The position numbers were made by a program, and so were the translations under genes. From Lobosporangium transversale (Eukaryota): a stretch of DNA of 58,855 nt. The DNA lies in NCBI RefSeq assembly GCF_002105155.1, contig NW_019028981.1, positions 1,674,001 through 1,732,855 of the forward strand, given 5' to 3'. The notes beneath the pieces are model-generated. The model was not told where the DNA came from and did no database searches. It saw only the letters and a list, made by a program, of their open reading frames with translations. The number at the start of each line of letters is the position of its first letter. The stretch's first letter is position 1. Below are positions 50,213 through 58,855 of the stretch, one piece after another.

Positions 50213-52049
50213 TAGAAAGAGTAATAATTATTACTATCATTATTTCGGAAATAAAAAGTATTACCTGCAAATTGCAACCCATTCACCAGCACTCGCAGTA
50301 TAAAGGCATCTGTGAACGATGTTCGTTCCACCAGCCCGCTCGTGCCGCTCACAATGTGTAGCAAAGCGAAACGCGCTATTCTCACCACATCCACATCGCG
50401 TAGTTTCAAATCCAATCGAGGCATACAATCGCAGATAACTGTGGCCCTGATGGGCTTCTTTGATAAAACAAGACTCGCAAAATACTCTTCCAGGATCTGT
50501 CTGACATGTCTTTATAGTTGCATTAAACATTTTTTTTTTCTTAGTTAGTACCGATAGTGCTGTCAAAAGTTATAAAAAAAAGCCAGAACATACAACTAAT
50601 AAATTTTACATACCTTGCATTGGTAGTAGTGCATACCTTCCTTTATATCCGTAACACAAAGCACAGTCTGTCGATTATGATCGTCTTTGCAATCTGTACT
50701 ATTAATATTGGCTTGTGTAGGTGGCTGTCTTAGGATACTTGGGTCACCACAGTGACAGTATAGACCTTCATTATGCTTATTGATCCCTTCCTCAATCTCA
50801 TGGCCAATGTGGTCTTCAGATTTAAAGCAACGAGTACAAATCCATATGTCTGATGTTGCAGTAGGCAAGCTAGACTGATGTTCATCCTCTGAGTCATCCG
50901 TTGGGATCGAATCCAGCATTAAAGAAGGATTTGTGATGTGCTCGCTATCAACAACATGACAAGTTCGACAGCGCCACATACTCTCATGACGCTCAAAGAG
51001 ATAATTGCAATGACTGAGACTTGGAACAGGTCGGAATTCCTGTGGTAAATGATAGTTGCAGTCAAACGCAGTCTTAAACATGGTTGGATCACCACAATCG
51101 CATGATACATGATAAACTGCCTCATCTTGTAGCTCTTCCTCATTACTTTCATTATTCTCACTTTCTGGTAATTCTTGCTCCAGTGTCTCATCCGATGGGT
51201 AACAGGGCGAGTCTACAGTGTTCATGGTTATACCTATTTCAGCTTGTTCGCCTTCGGCAGGGACCTCGTGGGTTGACTCTTCAGCAGCGATCTCACGAGT
51301 CGACTCTTCAGCGGGGATCCCGCGAGTCAACTCAGAACTGGTCCTTGGTTTGACATCGGGCTGCTGGAAGACACCCATCCTCCAACGATGTTTCACGCAT
51401 CGTGAGTTGTGAAAGCATCGCCCACATAATACCACCATACTATTGAAACTGCAGTCTTTACAGTGATAGATATCTTCGCCAGGCTTGAATATATGTCCGC
51501 ATCGTTGTGATTCTAATGATGCTTTGGCTACTTCTGATACAGCTTTAGGTGGAAGTGAGGGTGAAGTCTGATCATCGGTGGTAGAGTGAACCAGAGCTGG
51601 AGAAGAGGGGGAAGACGATGATGAAGCAGCCTCTTGCTCAGGTGGTAAAGGTTTCCATGGTGATTTAGAAGGTGAAGGTAGCCTGATAGACCTTGGAAGA
51701 TATTCGCTCTCGAGAACACCAGGGCTATGGTATGCACAACGCAAATCGAATTTCCAGAACTTTCCATCACAGCAGCTGCAACTGGAGCCGTCTCTTGCAA
51801 GTTGAGCTATAAAATCATGGCCAAAGTGGTTGTGCTAAGGATATTGTACCACATATCGTAGAAAGAACCATAGATCAGAGCGTGTATTCAATCATTACGG
51901 AAAACTAAGCATAGGCTGTAAACAGGATCTAGGACTTACAGAGCGGAAACATCGAACGCAGAGTACCGCATCATCGTTGGCATTGGTAGCGCACGACTAT
52001 CACAAAGGGTTGAATAATGTCAATCAATATCATTCATCCATTCATTCAT

Positions 52050-52082
<33 letters not shown>

Positions 52083-55000
52083 TGCTTACCTTGCATCGAT
52101 ACACTTTTTCACCCGCCTTAAATTTGATCTGACATGGTTTGCCCTTTGTATGGCCTGAATAAGATTTTTGACTTTCCGCAGAGTGCAATGAACAGTGAAG
52201 CATCCGTCTCATTTTTAACCTGGAAGGATCGCTACAGACGCAGACAGATGTCCCCCAAGAGCACTGCAAGTACATCGTATGATCAGCATGATCCGAAGCT
52301 TGTTATTTCATCATTCAAATCGAATACATGTTAATAACAGCATCTTTGTTTTTTGAAGCATGTTTATCGAGTCATCAAAAAGTTAAGAGATATAAACGGC
52401 CCTACCTCGGAAACATCTCATGCAAAGAACATCAGCTGGGCAGGTCTTACAAATAACATAAGTTTCACCATATGGGACAATATGTCGACATGGGGCTCCT
52501 TGCGCTCGTGGTAGATACTCTGGCATTTCTATTTTAGTATTCCTAGTAGAAAACCAATATGAAATAATCCAGACACGGTCACCATATTTGACCTTCCAAT
52601 CTTTACGGGTGCGGATTATATCCTTTGCAGGGAGGATAATCCATTTTGAAGCAGTATACGTCTTGCTATCACAGGCAACTATACCAAGCAATTTGCCACG
52701 AAGCAAGCACATACCGTAAGTCGATTTTCAAGATGGAAAACAAAAACAAGAAAGTGAAATAGATAGCTGAGATATTGGTTTTCCTTAAAACATACCTACA
52801 TTCTGGCGAGATGATCCTTCGTGGGAATATAGCCAATTCCAGATCCAGGCATATTGCAATGTATTGGCATGTAGCATGTGAATTGTCCATCCGAACTGGA
52901 CGACTGTGCTATTGGCGTGCTCTTTTTGATCGCTTGACATTGAACCATCTACGTTGCCGGTACTGCTGGAAGACTCTATGCCAGCACTACCCAACTCTTT
53001 ATCTTGCCTAACAAACATACAAATAAACAAATATAAAAAACAGGAGAGAAATGGTAAAACTTCTACAAATTCATCATATAGAAGTCAGTATCATGACAAA
53101 GAAGACTTGAAGGCCCATAACTTACGAGTCTTTGTCATTGTCTTCCAATTTGGACCGCCTCTTAGCCATCATAATCTCAGCGATCTGTTGTTCAAGCTCT
53201 GTCGGAGCATGCTCATTCTGCTGTAGTGATTGTGCTGTCGCGCTTCTCGATATGCTAGTGCTAGTACTATTAATGTCCACATTTCCATTTACTGATGCTA
53301 AAGCCTGAATGCTGGTGCTCTTCCCGTTCAGTGTATCAGTTAAAACATCTGCGCTGCTTGCACTACCTGCCCCAGCAATATTACCAATGCTTCCATTCAT
53401 AAGGACGAGAGACTGACGTGTTGAAGAGGAGATAGAAGAACATCGCTTCAAATGAGATGAAAGAGTGACTGGAGATGTGGGTAAAGCTGAGTTTGGAGCA
53501 GTATTAGCAACCGATTGTAGGAAGATGACAGATTCAGCTTGTTGCATCTCATCCAAGTTTTCTAGAATAGAAAGGGCTTCCGCGCTAGGTATGCACGTCT
53601 CAAGATAGTTTCTGCGAACTTGATCAACGGCTTGTAAAAAGTCAGAATAGTCCTTGGGAGTGACACAGGAGGAAAAATGTATACAAGACAGTAAGTGTAA
53701 GCGTTGCATGCCATTTATAAATGGTTACGTTGGTGTGGTTGATATCTTCGAGAATGTGAATAGGATTGTTAATACCTTAATATCGGGTGAAGATCTCAGC
53801 GTTAGAGGTGACACTGTAGCTGAAGCTAAACTACTGCTATTTCGCTGATTGCCTAATAGACGGTTCTTGAATACTTGCCAATGTTCATCTAAAGTAACCA
53901 TATGATGGTTCTGCAGTGCCGAAGCATTTGCGTTATAATATTCCAGATAAAGCCCTCCTGTGGGAACCATCATCTCTAAAGCCGATGTTGCTCCAACAAG
54001 GTTTGCATCCGTTGCAGCTGCAGACTTTCCTGAAGCATGGTCTGTGATAGTGGTTTTGAGACAATGAGTCCGAAAATCACCAAGCAACTTGGGTAGGTAA
54101 TACTCGAAACCAAGATAATAGCGCCTTTCGATTTCTTCTAATGATCTAGATTGAGCATCGTGATGGAGCATTGCAAGAGTGTGCCAAGGTAATGGGATGG
54201 GTTGTCGGTCCAGATGCTCGTTCATGATACGGTGGTATGTATGTGCTCCATTGTATAATGCACGTTCACGAATGGCATCGCGTGCGGCTTGCTGCAGGTC
54301 GGACAGATTTAGTGGTGCTGAACATCCATTTAACTGAGTCAAGTATGTCTGGAGCTTGGCATAGAGTACAGCACCTAAATTAATATAATATTGAAATGGT
54401 TACAAGGATCTTCATCATAAACTCGAATATGATTTTTACTCTTTTGGATAACTCAAGGACATACCACTTGTAGCCTTCTGGCTCTCTGTTAAAGTGCTTT
54501 GATTATCCGGCCGCTGTTTGCTACGGCCCGTGAGCTCATGAAACCAGGAGCTGTCAATATGAGCCTCATTACTTTTTTTTGTGTCAGTCACTGTCAAATC
54601 CTTTAGATCTCGCATGAGGACAGCCTCGATTGATTGTTCGTTCATTTTAGATCGCCTTTTACGAATACTTCCTCCAGCCCTGTTATTAATCTTCGATGAC
54701 GCTGGTGAGGGACAACACTTGATGGACCTAAAAAACTGCTCGAGCACTGCAACTTGCGCTGCAATATCTTCGCTTTCAATAGACATTACGCCGGTGGACT
54801 TTCTAGCATCGCTGATATACATCTCGAGTGTAGCAGCTCCACGAGCATGTCCATGATCGCTCTTGGCTTTTGAATTTGATATTGCTCTATTAACAGGATC
54901 GCTCCAACGCCAATTCAGGCTTGGCAAGTCGAAAGGCGGGTAGTGACGTTGCGTCGTCTGCAATGTGAGTAACGACCGCGCTAGTCGGGCCAAATCCCCT

Positions 55001-55677
55001 TCGGTATCGTAGATCGTGGGCGATACAATGTTCAACTGGTTTGAGAAGAGGGCAAGTATAGGTTCAAGAATCCCATGGAGTGGAAATGAGAAAGCGCTGT
55101 TCTCCGTCGTACTATCATATAATGTATTAGGACTGATGCTGTTATCATGTCGGTATATTACGTAGAGTGTATGAACCGGGTGACTAGATGATACAGAATC
55201 CATTGTACTTGTTGGTGATGATAGCCAAGCCCAGATGCCACCACCGAGAAGCCTAATATCTGTTGTTGATGTTGTCGATGTTGTCTCCGTGTCATTGGTC
55301 TGTTCCTGTTCATTATTTGTATCGCTACTGTATGAATTTCTGATAACTGACGCAGATGCTGCTGCTGTTGCTGCTGCATCACATAGAGCATCCTGAATTG
55401 ATCTGTGATACGAAACTATTTAAATACATATACACATCAGAGTTAGTGTTATTGAGTCTTTGCATTACTACATTTAGTTTTATGCTTCATAAATATGAGA
55501 AAAAAGTCTGTTATTGGTGTGCCTACAGAATGACACAACAGTCAGAGGTTCAGCTAGGTTCTCGAGAATTGCTCGTGTAGCCTCAGGAATATCAAAGACC
55601 CACGGAGAAGAACTGGGTGAGGGAGTAGAAGGCACAGGAGAGCGTCGAATTTTAGCCAGTTGGAAGAATAGAGCCAT
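49513..55677 (-). CDS. Multidomain protein: GBP-like pseudo-GTPase + helical domain + MIR beta-trefoil with six inserted UBR-box zinc fingers (about 1691 aa)
   Basis: Eleven GT-AG exons: 55677-55527, 55415-54465, 54374-53776, 53652-53126, 53007-52796, 52678-52406, 52298-52090, 51996-51940, 51834-50614, 50509-50265, 50143-49513. Total 5076 nt and every junction phase is consistent. Confidence 0.82.
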
Positions 55678-55990
55678 TGCTGTAGAACACAAGGAGTTTT
55701 AGTGAATCGGTAAAGACGACGATACTTGGTGAAGGTGCGGTTGCAGTAAGATAAGAGTGGACATTCGCACGCGCACACGCACGCAAGTGATCCGATTCAA
55801 TGGGCTGAGAGAAAAAGAGAAGAGAGAAAAGTTAAGAGCAGGGGAATTCAAAAGACAAACTAGCGTTCAAGCGTTCGAGTGAAAGATGATGGAGGAGAGA
55901 ATGAGAGAATGTCCATGGCTTTTGAGATGTGATCTTTGTACAACCCCTGTGCCCTTTTGTGGAAGGGCATGGTACATGTATAAATATATA

Positions 55991-56246
55991 CAGTGGAATC
56001 TCGATAATTGTACACTTTTGTACAAATTTCAAATTTGATATATTTCTAGGCCATTGGTTGGCTAAGAGCCTTACTCTTTTAAAAAAAAGTATTCTAAAAA
56101 ACCCACACTCAACTGGAGTAGAGGAATCAGCAGAGGATTTTTAGAATAGTTTTTCATGAATTGTGGGCTTCTTAGCCAATCAATAACCGAGAAATATAGC
56201 AAATTCGAAAATTGTACAAAAGTGTACAATTATCGAGATTCCACTG
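55991..56246. mobile_element. Tc1/mariner(pogo)-type MITE, 256 bp, TA target-site duplication
   Basis: Perfect 35-bp terminal inverted repeat CAGTGGAATCTCGATAATTGTACACTTTTGTACAA, imperfect pairing to about 110 bp, TA on both flanks. Confidence 0.92.
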
Positions 56247-56886
56247 TATAAAATATTCATGTATTGCTCAAATTATTCGACAGTTTAAACATGCATGTTT
56301 TGTTAGACTACCAGCCCAGTGGTCATTATCAAATCATTTTGCAAGAAAGAAACTTTGTCCTTTTTTACTTGTCTCCAATCCCGCCCTGCGTCCTGTCTCC
56401 TCTGGACATTGACAGTGGTCCATGTGAAACGGAGTTGTTCTCGGGGACTATTTTTTAATTTGGTATGTCCGTTAGGCACAGATCGGGGAGGTTCAGTAAC
56501 AAAAGAATGTACATGATTCGACCGGCTCTGAGACATGTCAACAATAAGGAATAAATTTTAAAATAAAGAATCAATTCATTCGATGGGACATTTATTACCT
56601 TTCCATGTATTGCCCCACCACTTCAAGAATGCGACGGCGACTGACACAGCTTGCAGCAACCTACTCTAGCATAGATCCTGGTATCGCCTGGACAGAATAT
56701 AATTTTAGGAACCCAGGCAACGTTGTATGTGCCGTAAGAATCGCGGTGGATTACCAATACTTCAGGTGGTGTTGGTGGAGGAAACTTAACCACTCTGATT
56801 TATTACATGTACATGTACTATCGCGGACGACACATTATCTAATGCCCACTGTATAGTGCACGGGCCTTGTACCATTCATTATATTG

Positions 56887-56919
<33 letters not shown>

Positions 56920-57262
56920 CTGCGTGTTTGTTAATGCGAATTGCTTGAGACCTTGCCTCTGGACTCCAGACCTCTGCTACCCAATGCAACTACAATAAGG
57001 CTGGCTTCGGGCAACGTTCGATTGGTCTTGATGTCCTTTTCATTTTTCCTAATGCCTTGAGCTGCACTTGAACCACATACCTTTTTTTTTTTGGATGTAT
57101 TATGTTATTTCTACGCCCTATCCGTATCTATACTATTGCTGTTGAGGCAAGCATGGCAATAATATACGTAGTGCAGATAAACTTCATATCTTCATCTCCC
57201 TACTGTTGTGCTTTCATTTGAATATATTTTGCACTATCATATTAAAACTGCATAGAATCGGA

Positions 57263-58795
57263 CTATTCAACAATCTTAATTTCGGGCCGTAATATTTTCA
57301 ACTCCTGTTTTAGCTGGCTGCTTTTTCGTACTGCGCTGATTACATTTCCTGACAAGGTCCTCAACTGAGGACATTCTTTAACCATCCACATAACTTCCTC
57401 TGAGCTCATTCTAATTGGCATATTCCCAAGATCTAACTCATACAAGCGCTTTAGCGATGCTAACCACCGTAGTCCACTCTCTAATGTAAGTTCCAATAGG
57501 TGATTATCTTCTGCAGAAAGGACAGGGCTTGCACGCAAGGCCAGCACGCGGATCCGGCCTAGCATAGACAGTTGCTGAAAGACCAAAGATTGCATTTCTT
57601 CATGCCATGCATTTTGGGAATGACAGAGGTCAGCAATAACTAACTCTAGCTCCTCAATACTCAGGCACGCCCACGACGTTAGTATAGCGCCTGTCTTAGT
57701 CGCATAGAATGATCTCGCAATATCAATCGCCTCCACATTAGCCGCGCGAAATATTTTCAGTCTAGGCATGGAAGCCAACATCCGTTGGATCATCTTACTG
57801 CCTAGATCTTTGCAGTCCATTAAGTCCAACTCCAACATCTTGTCCCTCTGATCAGCTATTAATTGAAGCGCCGATTGTGTGCCAAATGGTGTCGATCTTG
57901 CTCCGAGAGCCTCTAATGTAGGTAACATTGCAATGACTCTAGCCATATCCGCATCTTCTATATGGGAGTTTCCAATATCCAGTCGGTTTAGGCTCACAGG
58001 GACCGCTAAACTCCCTGAAAGCCACGACTCTGTCAACAGCTTAGTACCACGCCGCCAGTTGATTGACTTGAGTTTAGGAGCCTTTCTGACCAATTCAAGT
58101 TGGCATTGGGGTGGAAAATCATTCCAAATAAGGATCAAGGCTTCCAGGCTTACGAAAGTACTCATTGAAATGTCCTCAGGATCAACAGAGTCGGAGTACA
58201 AAGAGCGGTCAGTGACCTTGATACGATCCAATTCTAACCGCTTGACGGTCTTACATACTTTGTTGAAAAGATTCTTTGGAGGGTCCAATAGAGTCACTGG
58301 TCCAAGAGCTAGCTCGGCTAAGTGTGGGGCCATTCCAAGGATATGAAATAGGTGACGGCACCATAAATCTTGCGCCTCCTGGTCCTTTCGCATACGATTG
58401 GAGCGACAGCTAAACGAGGTTAGCGTCTCGATATTGTGTTGTGTAATCATCAGGATCTCAGGGCTGAGGATAGAGACGGAAATGCTAGTCAGCAGCATGA
58501 GAGGCTGTCTTGTCGAGAACGCTAAAGGCTCCAATAGAGAATTAGAGCCGACCTGATGAAAATGACGGATATGATGACGATTACGGAGCAGCAGCGTTGG
58601 TGTTGCCTGCTTTGGCGTAAAATTGCAAGGCTGATTTTGCAGTGCTAGTGTATGCCAGACTAAAGGCTCAAGAGCAATATGCCATGTCCTACAAACACGA
58701 AGGAATACAAGGAGTTGTGAGCGAGAGACATGACGACCCAAGGTTTTCACTATATTTGGAATAAGGAAAGGATTCTGAACTTCTTGGGCTTCCAT
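57263..58795 (-). CDS. F-box/LRR (RNI-like) protein, intronless
   Basis: NPFLIPNIVKTLGRHV...LRVCRTWH F-box-like; WACLSIEELEL; LELTLESGLRWLASLKRL; EVMWMVKECPQL. Likely start MEAQEV at 58795. Confidence 0.88.
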   Translation of the reverse strand: MEAQEVQNPFLIPNIVKTLGRHVSRSQLLVFLRVCRTWHIALEPLVWHTLALQNQPCNFTPKQATPTLLLRNRHHIRHFHQVGSNSLLEPLAFSTRQPLMLLTSISVSILSPEILMITQHNIETLTSFSCRSNRMRKDQEAQDLWCRHLFHILGMAPHLAELALGPVTLLDPPKNLFNKVCKTVKRLELDRIKVTDRSLYSDSVDPEDISMSTFVSLEALILIWNDFPPQCQLELVRKAPKLKSINWRRGTKLLTESWLSGSLAVPVSLNRLDIGNSHIEDADMARVIAMLPTLEALGARSTPFGTQSALQLIADQRDKMLELDLMDCKDLGSKMIQRMLASMPRLKIFRAANVEAIDIARSFYATKTGAILTSWACLSIEELELVIADLCHSQNAWHEEMQSLVFQQLSMLGRIRVLALRASPVLSAEDNHLLELTLESGLRWLASLKRLYELDLGNMPIRMSSEEVMWMVKECPQLRTLSGNVISAVRKSSQLKQELKILRPEIKIVE

Positions 58796-58855
58796 GCTTG
58801 AAATGTGAAAGAGAAAAAGAAATAAATAGAATTTAGCATGAAATGCCTTCACCAT

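Noticed and set aside
49513..50424. 303-aa ORF as a stand-alone SDF2/PMT-like MIR gene
   Set aside because: Its N-terminus reads through an intron (FFFLKKKKK). Splice phases join it to the upstream UBR exons, and there is no signal peptide or PMT membrane domain.
56600..57080. Possible fourth Fanzor-like fragment (minus strand LIVVALGSRGLESRGKVSSNSH, NEWYKARAL; 15-nt match to 43674-43688)
   Set aside because: Too short and degenerate to separate from chance by eye.
58796..58855. Longer start of the last F-box ORF
   Set aside because: Pyrimidine-rich leader before MEAQEV looks like UTR or intron; it cannot be resolved at the window edge.

Overview
Intron-rich, poly(A)-rich fungal genomic DNA. 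The intronless F-box/LRR genes and intron style suggest an early-diverging fungus, probably Mortierellaceae (inference). About 15 protein-coding genes are present: UBP6 (partial), a C2CD3-like C2 protein, NOP15/NIFK, mitoribosomal mL50 and uS7m, UFD2, a PX-PH-RhoGAP, a PY-motif membrane protein, two F-box/LRR proteins, CYR1, HOS2, a split-PH/pseudo-Sec7 protein, an intronless SKP1 and RIM20. Best candidate for a new system: an 11-exon minus-strand gene (55677-49513). Hand splicing gives 5076 nt in frame (about 1691 aa), fusing a GBP-like GTPase fold lacking its P-loop to a MIR beta-trefoil with six tandem UBR-box zinc fingers inserted in it. Second highlight: two, possibly three, decayed copies of an intron-containing element with an XPG/FEN1-like PIN nuclease N-terminus and a TnpB/Fanzor-like RuvC/zinc-finger C-terminus. 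A 256-bp TA-flanked MITE lies just upstream of the GBP-UBR gene. All family calls are by-eye motif recognition, not database searches.
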